From contig AP026155.1 of assembly GCA_030295235.1 (NCBI GenBank), forward strand, positions 558,001 to 622,000: a stretch of 64,000 nucleotides of DNA, in the 5' to 3' direction. The stretch's first letter is position 1, and each line of letters starts with the position of its first letter. Positions 1-12,657 of this stretch are shown one piece after another. The stretch comes from Fistulifera solaris (taxonomy: Eukaryota). Both the position numbers and the translations under genes were made by a program. A model generated the notes under the pieces. That model saw only the letters and a list, made by a program, of their open reading frames with translations. It had not been told where the DNA came from and did no database searches.

Positions 1-1101
1 ACATTTGCACCGAACGCATTCCGGAGCTGTCGCGCCAGTGATGGCAACAGTCCACCTGCTGCATTGGCGATCATTCGAAGCTTCTTAGGCGACGCGGCTC
101 CATCAATAAGATAGCCCTCTGATACTCCGGTTTGCAATATGAGCTGATGCATAGTCGGAGCAGCATAGTACCACGTAAAGGACGGCGAGCCATCCTGGAG
201 AAGTAATTGCCAGAAAAGACCCGGATCAAAGGAAGGGCAGCAAATTACGCATCCACCTGAAAAGATTGGAGAAAACACTTGTCGAATAATACCGCCAACG
301 TGGAATAAAGGCATTAGGTTGCAGTTTGTATCTTGCGGCGTCAACTTCCATGAGAGCGAGATGCAAGTCGTTGCAACAACAACATCCGCCAACAGATGGG
401 GAACGAGCTTTTTAGAACCTGTAGTCCCCGATGTAAAGAGAACTAACACTTCATCATTGTGCTGATTCGCTTGAAATCGTTTGTCCGAATACTGATCGCA
501 CTCTCTTGCTTCCAGACCAAATTTATCTATGCATCGATGTGGCGGCCAAGATAATCGACATGATGGCGCCTCCAATCGGAACAAACCTGCCCACTTGGTA
601 TCTGGAATGAGTCCAACAAGTGGGATTTTTAGCTTTTGAAATCTTTTGTGAAAGATCGCTGTCTCGCAATCCTATTATAGTATCGGCCCCAGATGTGAAA
701 AGATCGGCTTCAAGTTCCTGTTCCGCACCAAAGGCATTCAGTGGCACACAACTCGCCCAGGTCGTCGTCACAAGAATCGCGAGTGCTAGTTCTGGTCCGT
801 TCGGCAAAACGACAGCGATTCGATGACCTCGACCTACCCCAAGACTTCTGAAGACATTTCCACTCATTGTGATGCATTCATGGATTTGTTCCGTCGTAAT
901 TGGTTTTCGCCCATCAGTCGAGGCAAGCGCAGGCTTGTGCACTCCGAGTGGAAGCGCTGATAGTAAGTCGGGAAAATGAGGAAGTATTTCCTGAGCAACT
1001 TGCCAGCCCGATATGCTTCCATTAGGTTGCAACAAGTGCTGAGATCTCTGAATCAGTGGAGCGAGAGTTAACTCGACCGCTTTTGTATCGGACGATGTCA
1101 T
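1..1101 (-). CDS. AMP-dependent acyl-CoA synthetase (oxalate-CoA ligase/AAE3-like); runs off the left edge; frameshift near 600-630
   Basis: ORF 523..1101 has RIAVVLPNGPELALA...CVPLN. Reading on in another frame gives LFTSGTTGSKKLVPH (AMP-binding motif, ~400-450), NLMPLFHVGG, FTWYYAAPTMHQLIL and LRMIANAAGGL. Confidence 0.85.
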
Positions 1102-1589
1102 TGATTAAATGTAAGTTTACTTTAGAAGGTCTCTCCGTTGCCTATGTGGGGGTACAAGATGAAGAAGAAGACGTTGTTTCAAGAAGATGGAAACAAAAAG
1201 TGCGCAATCGTCGTCTTCGAGAAACGCATGAAAGGATGATCGACGGGCTCCGCCATTGGGGACAATTTTTCCGTTGGGCTCAATTTACCTATGTATTTTG
1301 TGTACAATCACTACAACCTTAATTTTTACTTAAGGATTTACCGAAATTTAGACCTGACGATGCACTAAGTATTTGCTGGTTCGTTGTTGGAAACGGAAAA
1401 GTTGTTAATGAGGTTTCTGGTTTCTAAACAAAGTGTACTGCTACCATATTTACCGATATGTCTTACTGCAATTGGACACGGTGAATGGACAGACCGTTAC
1501 TGAGGCGGTACATACAGCACAGGACGAAGTGGGCAGGGAGACAGGGCAACCAGCAGAAGTTGGCCATCTAAGATAAGTAGTCTAGGTCT

Positions 1590-1669
1590 GGAAACGCCGC
1601 TAAAATTCTCCCTCGTCGTAGACGCTACGTAGAATCTTGTACGGGAGGCAGAATTTTAACGTCCTTTCC
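1590..1669. repeat. ~80-bp hairpin element, copy 1
   Basis: ggaaacgccgctaaaattctccctc...gaggcagaattttaacgtcctttcc, arms complementary at 21/25 positions; near-identical to 27919-27990 including the loop. Confidence 0.85.
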
Positions 1670-1754
1670 TGTAAGAAGTGAGAACCCGCATAGTTCTGCA
1701 ATCAAAATAATTATCAACAAGAATAATTGTAGCCAACATTCTATAATTAGACTA

Positions 1755-3031
1755 TTATTTATAGTTCTTCTGCTTCAAAATCGTAATTCGTTCCATCAAT
1801 AAATCAAAATCAATATACGGTTCATAATGATGTATTGCTGCATCCACGCGATGTCTGTCTTCGGCGTTTAGCTTTGCTGTATACCCGTACATGAGCTCGA
1901 GAGACTCGTCCGTTTGAAAGGGCGTTATAAGAACGGGCGGAGCTTTCGGCATGGTGATGACAAAATCGGTGAGCTGATCCGATAGTGGGTAATCTGCACA
2001 TCCTGTCATGAGAAGCGATGCTTGCCATCGCGGTGAGTGCTCGTAATTTTGCTGTGCTTCCATGAGAAATCCCAGCAAGATATCATTGCGAGAAGCGTGA
2101 CATACAAAGAGTGTTCGGCGCTGTTGTCCGTCGTCTATTACTGCACGCTGATGTCGTAACTCTTGTAAGAAAGACTCCAACGAATCAGCCACTAACTGAA
2201 GGTCTCTTCGAACACGGTAATGACGAAGTGCATGCTCTCGACCTGTTAACAAATTGCCTTTCAAAAGAACCTCTAATTCCGATAAAGCTGGGCATCCGAG
2301 AAACTGTTTGTCGGGAACAGCCCCCAGAACCGGTATATCGGGCCACTTCCGCTGCATTGCTAGCTTAAAATAGTGCATCGTTTGTTCGAATTTTTCAGGC
2401 TGTACTTGATTGACAATGACGCCGGCCACGGGGACATTGTGCACTTCACAGAGCGTCAAATTCAAAGTCAACTCGTCGATACTGCGACCCAAACCGCCGT
2501 TAACGACCAGTACCATGGGAATCCCTAGCCACGCCGCAATATCGGCGTTGCTCGCATCGACAATACTACCGACCGCGCAGTTTCCCGTTCCTTCACAAAG
2601 AATCATATCCGATCGCGAGGCAATATCGTTATAGGCCTCTTTCAGTTTTTCCTTTGCAAATCGAGCGTGATCTTGTTATCGAGATAGTCTCGTGTATAGC
2701 CCGGAGGGATAATCACAGGACTCACACTTCTCCACGGCACATGGTCCATCTGAAAATGCTCCTTAAAGAGCACGGCATCTTTGTCGACGGCCACGTCGAT
2801 GCCATTTTCATGAATGACCGTACTCTTTTCGCCGATGGGTTTAATAAATCCCACTTTATTGAATTTCTTTTGCAATCCGGACATGAGAGCCAAGCTAACG
2901 GTAGTTTTTCCAGCGTGTTGTCGAGTGGCAGCGACATAAAAGGAGGGCACAGCATCATCGACGTTACTCGAGAATGGCCGATTACAAGAACGCTTTTTCA
3001 GCACTAATGAGAGCCTTGAAGAATATCTCAT
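1755..3031 (-). CDS. BioD/AAA_26-like P-loop protein resembling the N-terminal part of phosphate acetyltransferase (no catalytic PTA domain); frameshift at 2646-2650
   Basis: YVAATRQHAGKTTVSL, VGFIKPIG, VDKDAVL in ORF 2642..3043 and ILCEGTG, NADIA, GGLGRSIDEL, GVIVN in ORF 1755..2606. One extra A in the A5 run joins them (QRKKLKEAYNDIASRSDMILCEG). Basic N-terminus could be a mitochondrial presequence. Confidence 0.75.
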
Positions 3032-3309
3032 TCCAAAGAGCACTCTGAATCTCTAATATGGTAAGGAAACACGAAAGAAGGAATTGTTGTGGATGTGAAA
3101 AGCCAATGGCTGACACGACGCATGGGTGTTTTTGTTTTGCGAGAAAGGCGAGAAAGTGCAAAAAGTGCCGAAAGGAACGATCTGATTGCATTCACGTAAG
3201 GTCGTGAATGAAGCTCATCGGCGAACAAGAGACGAGAGAGACTGCCTTATCTCACATGACTAAACAATATTATGATAACAATACAATAACAGAACTACTT
3301 TCAATCCTT

Positions 3310-4414
3310 TTATTGCGAGGTATCACGAACATAGTACAGCTCCTTTAAAACATCAAAAACGGAAATGCGCTTCATCAAGTCCTGCTCCCAACACACTTTC
3401 ATCAGATGAATCAGCGTATCTTCAACCGTCGAGCGATTGTAGAAAGAGGGGTCAATGTAAGGTCGTTTCAAACCCTTTCCAATCATATTGTAAAGGTCTT
3501 CCCGTTCGCCTTGGTACTCGTAATGCGGCCACATACCCGTCAACAACCTGTAAAAGTTGTTGCCCAAGGAATACGTATCGGATGCTTCGTTGCCGTCTTC
3601 GCAACGTAGATCTTCCGGTGCGCAATAGGACCCATCATAGAAACGTTCTGTTAAGCAATAGTCGGCACCGTCCCAGGTAAAGATATGTCCCTTGTTGAAA
3701 TCGTTAAGCTTGGTGTCCTTTCCGGAACGAAACCATTGAGGCGAATGAAAATCTCCGTGCATCATGGCATCACCCAAGGCCTCAATAATGTTAGCGTCGG
3801 TAAGGATCTGCGTGAACCGTTTCGCATCAAATTGTAGTTCCGGGTCCGCTAAAATGGTCGTTTTGTATACGACATTCGCGGCTTGGAACCACCACGCATC
3901 GCGATAGGTTCCGGTTCCCAAGTGCTCGACTTGTTCTTTGATACAAGGCTTCGTCCATGGCAATTTCATGAAAGGCGTGGCATGTCGAATGCACCGTCCG
4001 AGCCCAGTTGGTTCGGCGACACGTGGCGCTAACATGTTCGTCCGGGTCATACTCTTCCTCCAGATCGGGATCATCGATCGATTTCAAAAAGGCTTTGCGC
4101 CATGTTGCATAGTCATCTGCTGCACGGATGAGGATCTCGGTGTAATTGCCCGGTTCGTAGAAAACGATGTTGAATCGTTCGTTCGTCGACATCCTTTGGG
4201 AAGAAGAGCGTCGCATCCACAGATTTACTGATTTGGGATGATCACGATGCGTCACATCTCTCTGTTGAATTGATTGTGTAAATTTGTGATGGAATAGTAT
4301 TGTTGATAGGAAACAAAACGAAAGAATGACACCCAGTCGCAACAAGGCGGTTGCCTGGGAGGTTAACACAAGATGATTCGACCTCGGCCTAACTCGTTTG
4401 CGCAACACTGGCAT
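3310..4414 (-). CDS. Membrane-anchored protein-kinase-like protein; frameshifted and apparently internally deleted (possible pseudogene)
   Basis: N-terminal TM helix (LGVILSFCFLSTILF), then HLGTGTYRDAW (G-loop), VYKT, HGDFH, KLNDFN, APED, SDTYSLG and CWEQDLMKR. Two overlapping ORFs join near 3940. Confidence 0.65.
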
Positions 4415-4750
4415 GATGGTTGATTGAAAGTTTTTCAGCAGTATCTAATGATCTCGTTGTTCATATTCGAAAAAGGTAGAAGGTAACACTGATATAATAT
4501 TTTCTTTCAAATGAAAACGTTGTGTCTCACACGCGAAACGCAATTCTGCATTTGAGAGCCGACTGTACGCTGTACGAGGCCATGTTTGTCATCACCTTAG
4601 CTACTATAGTCGACCATCATTTCATCACAAGATCCGAAATAGACTGCGCATCAAGCTGCCAAGTTCTTAGTCGTCTTGAAACTAGACGTGAAGCAAATAG
4701 ACGGAAACTCTTACCAGCAGCATAATGATTAGCAATTGTTATTTTGTTGA

Positions 4751-7700
4751 CTAAAGAATGAGCGGCTTTCGTTTCGATTGGTGCTTACTGTCTTCGCTGT
4801 ATTTCCACCGACCGACGGCTTTCAAGACCTCTTCGAGAATCAAGATGGGAGCTGCCCAGCTTAGTACGGTCACCCAATTATCCAAAGAAAGAGGTACCAA
4901 CCCGAAGCTCTCCCCGATTTTGGGAAAGCCAAGACTGGAACTGTATACGACAAAGAGATGCAAGAGAGAAGGAACCGCGACACCGGCCAGCAGCCACGGG
5001 TTACTTTGTGGTCCAACGCGAAAGAGCGACTGGTCTACCGAAACCGCGGAGAGTGCTTTGAACATCTCCATGGTCACCAACGTTGTAAGCGACAAAGTTT
5101 GTGGTAACATACGTCCCGATCCCTGGAAAAGTTCCGTACACGTGGTGGCACTCTGTGGACTCCAAAATTGCCCACATTGGCTCCAGGACGAAAGCTCACT
5201 AAGACTGATCCCCTGAGCGAGATAATGCTGAGCAAACACCGCGATGGTCGCCAATCCTACATACATTCCAGTAATACAGTAGCGCAAAAACAACCATTTG
5301 GTCATGATGGGTTCATCGCTCGGACGAGGTGGTGCGTCCATCAAACCGGGTGCCGGTGGATTGAAGCCTAAAGCGGTAGCGGGTGGACCATCGGTTACCA
5401 AGTTGACCCACAAAAGATGCATGGCCGTCAAAGGTTCCGGAAAACCAGCTAGAGTGGCGAAGAAAATGGCGCATATTTCTCCAATGTTGCAACTAATTAG
5501 AAAGCAGATGAATGATTGCATATTGGCGTAAATGCGACGCCCCTCTTCGATTGCTGTAACGATGGTAGAAAAGTTGTCATCAGCTAAAACCATGTCGGCT
5601 GCTTCTTTTGCAACTCTGAAAGTAATGGTAAATATAAGGCGATGAACAGGCGTAAACGCTAAAACGCCAAGAAAATACTTACTCAGTTCCAGTTATACCC
5701 ATGGCTAATCCTATGGAAGCTTGCTGAAGAGCAGGAGCATCTGATGAAAGCAAAACAAGAAGTCCATGTGTGAGACTTTCAATCGATGCGCAAAGTTAGC
5801 AACAGGAAGACTTACCGTTAACACCTTAAATGAAAAAACATCAACAGAAAATTCGGGAACAGAGTGTGAGTAACGCAAATGACGCATCATCAGCGTAGAT
5901 AACATGACACCTACCGTCGCCTGTCATTGCAGTGATTTCGTTTAAAGAAGACTGTAAAATACGTCGAATTAGACCCCGAGCTCCAGCTCCAAGTATCTTT
6001 CAGTTTCATGCACTTACTTGCAACATCTGGACAAGTTTTTGCTTGTCAGCCGGCTCTGCACGGCAAAATACAATGTTATCTTCGCTGAGAATTTTCAGCT
6101 GTTCATTTTTCGGTTTGAGAAAGAATTCACGGCCTTCAAACGCTTTAATGGGACTGCCGTCATCTTCGGAAGGAAAGATATTCACATCGCGCGCAATAGC
6201 CACCGCAGTATCACGTGCATCACCGGTGATCATGAGCACTCTGATCCCTGCAGCTGTGCACTGGCGAATACTTTCGGCGACTTCCGGTCTTGCGGGATCC
6301 TTAATACCAACAAAGCCGACCAAAGTTAAACCGCTTTCTATATGTTTGTACGTTTCTGGCTTTGAAAGCAATGGGTGTTTCGTTATATCGGCACCTGAGT
6401 CGTCGTTCAAATCGGGTTGGAAGTTTTTCAGACTATTTTCGAGCTGGTTCGTATCTTTCACCGCCAATGCAAGACACCGTAATGGCCTTGCCGCCATGTC
6501 GGATAGTTTAATGTCAATAGCTCGACGCATTTCACCCGTCAGCTTGACGATTGTGCCGTCACGAAGTTTTACATTTGTACACCGTTCCAGAAGCAGATTG
6601 GGAGCTCCTTTTACATACAATCGGTTTCCCCTCAAAAGCCCCGAGCGATAGTTGCACAAAACAGACATCGACTTGCGGTCACGGCTAAACTCGAGTGTTG
6701 CTACACGTGGGTACGATGATCTCCAGGCATCGACGTTCGCACTGGCAAGAATACTAGGCGCAACATCAATATGAAGACCTTTACGGTCAACCTTTCTCCC
6801 TCCACCATCTTCTAGATAATGTGACATACCTCCTAATTTCTCCGCCAAAACACAAAGCGCAGCTTCCGTCGGCTCTCCTACACGCTCAAATGGCTTGACA
6901 TTGTCCTTATCCTTCTTTTCTTCTACCACTGCATCATTTCCCATAATTTTGGCATCATTGCAGAGTGCACATATTGCTGCTATATCCGCCACCGCTCCTT
7001 GCGGCTTGTTCATGACTTCTCGGTCGCATTCAATACCATCTACCATGCCGATGGGTGAATACGAAACTCCTTGTATGACATGCTCCACGAGAAAATCGCC
7101 ACCCTTTTTCTTATCTGGCAATTGCTCCATCAGCACCAAACTGACGGCCGTCATCTCGTTCGTGGTGAGTGTCCCCGTCTTGTCGGTACAAATGACCGAT
7201 GTACAACCCAATGTTTCCACCGCCGGCAATTTACGAACAATGACATTGCGTTTCGCCATGCGTCGTGTCCCCAAACTGAGACACAGAGTAATCACGGCGG
7301 GAAGCCCTTCCGGAATGGCCGCTACACCCAAAGCCACCGATACTTTGGCATAATACAAAGCACCTTCCCACGTAGATGAAAAGGTCGGATCATTCATTTT
7401 GGGAATGGACACGACCCACACCGCCAAACAAATGATAGCAATAACGACCGTCAGAGTCTGACCAAAATCATCCAATTTGACCGCCAATGGTGTTTTGGGT
7501 GCTACTGCTTCCGTAACACCTTGTTGAATTTTTTCCGAATTGGGTGTACACACCCGTTTGGACGACGACCGCTTGTCCGGTTCCTCGTGTCACGACGGTC
7601 CCCGCATACAACATGCCCTTTTGATCCTGCACGGGACGATTCGATTCTGTCAGTAATCCCTGATCGGCCGGATATTTGTTGACCGTCATGGATTCTCCCG

Positions 7701-8546
7701 TCAAACTTCCTTCATCAACGGCCAAGACCGCCGATTGCAAGGATATCAACCGTGCATCGGCCGGTATTTTGTCTCCGACACGGACTTGAATGACATCACC
7801 CGGTACCAATTCTGCCGCGGAAATGACGGTGACGGTATGATCTCGTACTACAGTCGCCGAGCGGGCTTGCAATTGCTGCAAGGCCGCCAATGAATCGGCC
7901 GCCGATTGACTTTGCCAAACACCGACGGCCGCATTGAGCACCAAAATGGCCAAAATCACCGCCGGTTCCACAAAGGATTTCCATAAAGCTTCTTCCATGG
8001 CTTCGGCAGAACTTTGACGAACTTCCATCCACGAAAAGAGGGCCGACAAGACGGCGACGCCCAACAAGATTTGGACCAATCGATCCGAGAATTGTTCCAA
8101 AATTACTGCAAAAAAAAATAAAAAAAAGAAACACAAGATCAGTAATGAAAATTAGTAGGGACAGCCACCATTCCACGGAACTTACATTCCCATATCGAGG
8201 GAGGAGCCGCTTGTTGCAATTCATTGACACCGTATTTTTCTAAACGGGCTTTCGCTTCTGCCGTTGTCAAACCTCCTGTCGAAGATTGCAAAATCTTCCA
8301 CAATTCCGCCAAGGGCGTACTTCCCGCATCCAATGTCGTCGCATTGTATTCTACAACTTCTGGAAGGGATGAAGCAATTTCTAATTGTGTGGGTTGATTC
8401 TTCCGAAATCGCACACCGCCGCCACCACCACCACGAATCATCATCGAAACGAGACGAGGTAATGCCAAGGCTGTCGACGCATCGGATAATAATACGACGA
8501 GAAAGATCGCGAGATGCGCTGCGATGCCTCTCATATTTTCGTTCAA
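4751..8546 (-). CDS. P-type IIA (SERCA-like) Ca2+-ATPase, multi-exon
   Basis: LTGES, IPEGLP, ICTDKTGTLT, KGAP, DPAR, MITGD, TGDGVNDAPAL and NLVTDGPPATALG. Predicted introns 8106-8185, 5952-6017, 5825-5914, 5741-5815, 5616-5682. One-base insertion at T6 7529-7534. Confidence 0.95.
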
Positions 8547-8879
8547 GACTGTTCAACAGATCAATGAATCAATGTGTGTTCAAGGAGCGAAGAAGAAATG
8601 AAAACATACAATTAAAAAGACAATTAGACAATTAGATACGTTTTTGTGGATGTTCGATTTGTTGTTGGGAAACAGAGCGGGTGGTAAAATTCGTGACAGA
8701 TCCTTTAAGGTTAACACATATATTAATGCTTTTGAAAATCCCATTTCTTCGAACGAGACGGGTCAAATTCAAAACAATCAAAACTTCACAACGTCACAAC
8801 ATGAAAATCGAAATAGAGTGAACCCAGGTATTCAGATCGTCAAAAGCTATAGGTTATTCGATCATACAGTTGTCATGAA

Positions 8880-9533
8880 TCATCGTACTTTGACAGTATA
8901 CGTTCCTTCCGGACCTTGGAATTCCACCGTCTTGGGTTTTTTCTGCTTGGCTGAAGTCGCCGATTTCTTCTTGCCCCACAACGAAAACAAGCCCTTCTTT
9001 GCATTATTGTCATTGACAATAATATCGTGTTGCGTCCGTTCCCGACTCATACGCACACGACGGGCATCATGGATGGCGCGCGACAAGTCTCGTTTGGAAT
9101 AACCGGCATTCAACAAAATGTATTCACGCACATCTTCACTCAGCAGGCCGCGCGATGTGGTTCCGCGATGCTTGGTTTCAAAGTCATCGACGGCTACTTC
9201 GAGTTGTTTGTGAGATTGCCAGGCAATGGTAATGGGTGGACCCAATAGCGGACACGGATTGTCTCCCAATTCGTACGTGTGACAGTACACGTGAACCGTT
9301 GACCATCGTACGGCGTTTGTGCTCTTTCGAGAGGCATATTCGCATTTTAACGATTCTTCTTGACTCTTTCGCTTTAAACATCCGGGACGCAGAGAATGAT
9401 TCGATCGAATACAATCCCATGATTCCGGAACAGTACTGGTCGAAGAGAAGCTTTCCTGTTTGTGTCGTACATAAACGGTTGCTTTCTGCGGAAGGTAAGC
9501 TGTGGATGTTTCGTCAACGCTGGACATTGACAT
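8880..9533 (-). CDS. Hypothetical protein
   Basis: Open ORF; ATG at 9533. The motif VRWSTVHV...ELGDNP...GPPITIAW resembles a pattern I recall from uncharacterised diatom proteins. Confidence 0.6.
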   Translation of the reverse strand: MSMSSVDETSTAYLPQKATVYVRHKQESFSSTSTVPESWDCIRSNHSLRPGCLKRKSQEESLKCEYASRKSTNAVRWSTVHVYCHTYELGDNPCPLLGPPITIAWQSHKQLEVAVDDFETKHRGTTSRGLLSEDVREYILLNAGYSKRDLSRAIHDARRVRMSRERTQHDIIVNDNNAKKGLFSLWGKKKSATSAKQKKPKTVEFQGPEGTYTVKVR

Positions 9534-10244
9534 TTTGTTCTTGCAGTTGAAAGAGATGAACAGCAGGCGACAATACAAAGATATCAAAGAATGAGAGAAA
9601 TTGTGTGAGACCTTCATGTAAGTGCGATGAGAATTTTCGGGGGTCTGGAAAAAGTCGACGTGGTGGATTGGAGCATTTTGCATCTGTATAAGAGTTTATG
9701 TACCTAAGGATTCAAAATTCAAAGTACCCGAACCATGTGCCACGTAATAGCATGTGTTTCCCGAAGAGTAGTATCGGGTCGTGGTCTTCTTCCACGTAAG
9801 TCCTTTCCCTCATAGGAAGAAAGTGACGTCAAGGTAGCTAATTGAAGCGTGTAGAAAAGAAATAGATGCGCAGAAATCACAGGACACCCAACATTCGACT
9901 TGCTATGTGATTGGTTGAATAAAGGAACTAGGTGCGTCAACAACGACTCTTGCCTCTGGATATCATTGCCTTGCTCTTAGCAAGTCGAAGTTGGCAGTTG
10001 TGGGACAAGCAACAACGTAAGCATCTATTGAATCATCTTAGTAGCAGCGAAAGGATCCTTCATGAAAGAAATAGTTGCTGCTTTCTATTCGATGGAAATG
10101 GAAAATATTCAAGTTTGGTGGACTCAAAGTAAGAATTTAGTTCGTTAGCACTCGCAAACTATTTGCGATAACTTAACCTTAAAAAAGCCGTAAGTATAAC
10201 GCTTTCCCAAGTTATAATTCAGCCATCCTATGTACGCTCGTTAG

Positions 10245-11217
10245 CTAATAGTCGCTCAAAACCAAATCATCCAGGCCGCTCGGATCCGTTCCTTCTAACT
10301 GTGCGAGCACAATTTGGACACAAATACCTGTCAGTATCCCTAGTTTCTGTTTGTGAGGTACAGACGGAATCCATACCCATAAGAGCATCAGTAAACCCAC
10401 AAAGAAGCCCATGCAAAACCCCCCAAACAAAATCGCGATCCGTCCCTACAGAAACGCTCATCCCACCCCTCCACTCAGGAGCATCCGTTCGATTCGATCC
10501 CGTCCATTCCATCGTTTCCCCCATATTCAATCGAAATTCCGAAGTCGGCCCTTGTGATTGCATCCACGCCTCCTCTTGAAGCAGCCTTCGCTGAACGAGA
10601 TCCGTTTCACCTCGAGCCGCCTCTTCGGCTGCGGCGGGATTGTCTCGAATCCAGCGGTCCACCGATCGACTGAAGTAGGCCCGTATTGTAGCCACTTCTG
10701 ATCGACGGAACCCAACCGAGTCTCGAAGTCGATCAAAGCCCAAACGCCGCCGTGGTGATGCTCTTTGTCCTAACTCCAGACGTTCACTCTCCTCGTCTTC
10801 CTCCTCATCACTCCGACGCCGGACCGCTCGCCCCGTCGAATCGATCCCCGAACCCCTTAAAGCATTCGACGCACAGGGAGAAGCAGCGGCCGCTTGCGCC
10901 CCCGATTTGTTCGAAACAACGGCATGAATGACATGATCGTTCTGAATGTTAAAGTCCTGCAACAACGCTGTATCGGGTGCCAACAGCCGACCCGCCGCAA
11001 TCAAGCGAATGTAAGGCTCTGGTTTCGTCGGCGTTTCGAGCGCCGACAACACGGCTTTCTTGACTGTAGCAATCGTATCTTCGACGAAGACATGAATTTC
11101 CACATCCCGTGATGATTTGATGCGCAATCGAATCGAACGTTTCTGTTTCTCAATGTCATCCTCGACATCACTCGAATTTAGAGGATCGCGTCGTCGCAAG
11201 GTCTGAAAGAACGCCAT
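10245..11217 (-). CDS. DSC E3 ligase subunit 3-like (ubiquitin-like domain plus C-terminal TM region)
   Basis: UBL domain (DTIATVKK..IRLIAAGRLL..VIHAVV), GFDRL..GF...EV..IR.YF, then DFVWG(F)CMGFFVGLLMLLWVW after an extra base in C6 10419-10424. Confidence 0.75.
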
Positions 11218-12657
11218 GGCTTACTTCCGAACAATAGTATTGTGTTAGCTGAAGAGGCATGGGCCTTATCATCAACAATCATAGGTTCATACCGACAAAG
11301 TTTCAATCGTTACCAGTATGGTCTCCTTGCATTTTCGAAGCTCGGTGTCATGGAGCCAGCGCCGGCATTCCAGCCAAGAGACAATCGCCAACCGCTAACC
11401 TTACCCACACTAATGTCCATAGTAGTTGCGGAACGAATTCCACAGATGGAGGGACATTTTACTACAATGGTCATTGGTGTACTTTCGCTCCCACAACTGA
11501 GGGAAGGCCAGACCCAAGTCAATCGTACTACGTATCAAACATGAGTCCCACTCGAGCTAGGTGGGCATGGTCCTACGAAATCGAATCGATTGATGCCTAT
11601 GAGAGTTCATGACATCACGGTGGTGCTTTGCTTTAGTAGGCATGTAGGTGAGGGCATTCTCATCATCTTGGGGCGTCTAGATTGTTGACTTGGGTTAGTG
11701 AACGACGCTCAAGGGATGCCTTATCAAGTATGAAAAGAAACTTCATGTTCTTTCAGTTGAAAGAAGTCTAATAAGATAGCCAATATATATCCTCAAATCG
11801 AACTAGTCTATCTATAAAGAATAATACCGCAATGCGATGAAACAGATGGCATGCTGCATGTACAAGACCCGCGCAATTACCGACACGCTATTTCTTTTCA
11901 GTGAAACAAGCTCAGAGCTCAGACCCGATTGCACAAATGGCATGCTTATCAATGCGTCCTGTAACTGTCCTCTCATCCATAGTCCAGCTTCTTAGCATTT
12001 GCTTCATTTTTTTCTTTTTTCGATACACCAGTACTAGGAAAGCAAACTGGAAGCGACAATCAGCTACTTAATATAGCTGATTTGAAGGGAAAACGTTTAT
12101 ATTTGATTTGCCGCTGAAAGTTGAAACTAGGAGTAATCGTTGATCGGTGAAGAGTTGCGAGTTGCGAGTTGCAAGTCGCGAATTGCAATTTGAAAAATAA
12201 CTTGTCGTCGTTCGCATTTCGTATTTTAGGACTACGGTCACAAGCACAGTCACGGTCATGCCGCATCTTTCACTGTAAAGTTTCCAGTGGAAGAATTGGA
12301 AACAATCCTCGAAGGAAGAACAAAAAACAACTCTATAATTGGATGAAAAATTAGGAATAAAATATATATGTGTTAAAAAAAAAAAAAACTCTATAATTGG
12401 ATTGAGAGGAAAATGACCCCAAGACAACGAAGAATTAAAGGTGGTATACGAAGAACGCTGAACGGACTTGAAATCGAATTGGGTGATGAGGTGCACATTC
12501 TCATTTGTCCTCCGAACAGTCGAAAAGAGAACCTCGACAACATATCCGAATCTTGTAATGAAGCCGTTTAAAACAAAACAAGTATTTCTCTCATGTCCTG
12601 CCCTCACAAATTAAACCCAGGATCCAACGTTAATCATTTACTATTTCAAATGCCATT

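Noticed and set aside
1582..1669. Helitron 3' end (hairpin plus CTAG)
   Set aside because: CTAG lies next to copy 1 only; copy 2 lacks it and the stem-loop is longer than typical.
5932..7379. Long antisense ORFs over the ATPase (and similar ones over KAE1, the MULE-like gene and the RING gene)
   Set aside because: Shadow ORFs on the opposite strand of well-supported genes.
11242..11612. Short plus-strand ORFs upstream of the DSC3-like gene
   Set aside because: No recognisable motif; may be a gene fragment but cannot be supported.
12320..12405. Short direct repeats (aactctataattggat x2; also agacacggatacata x2 near 21242 and tagcgcttt x2 near 50011)
   Set aside because: Isolated two-copy micro-duplications with no further structure.
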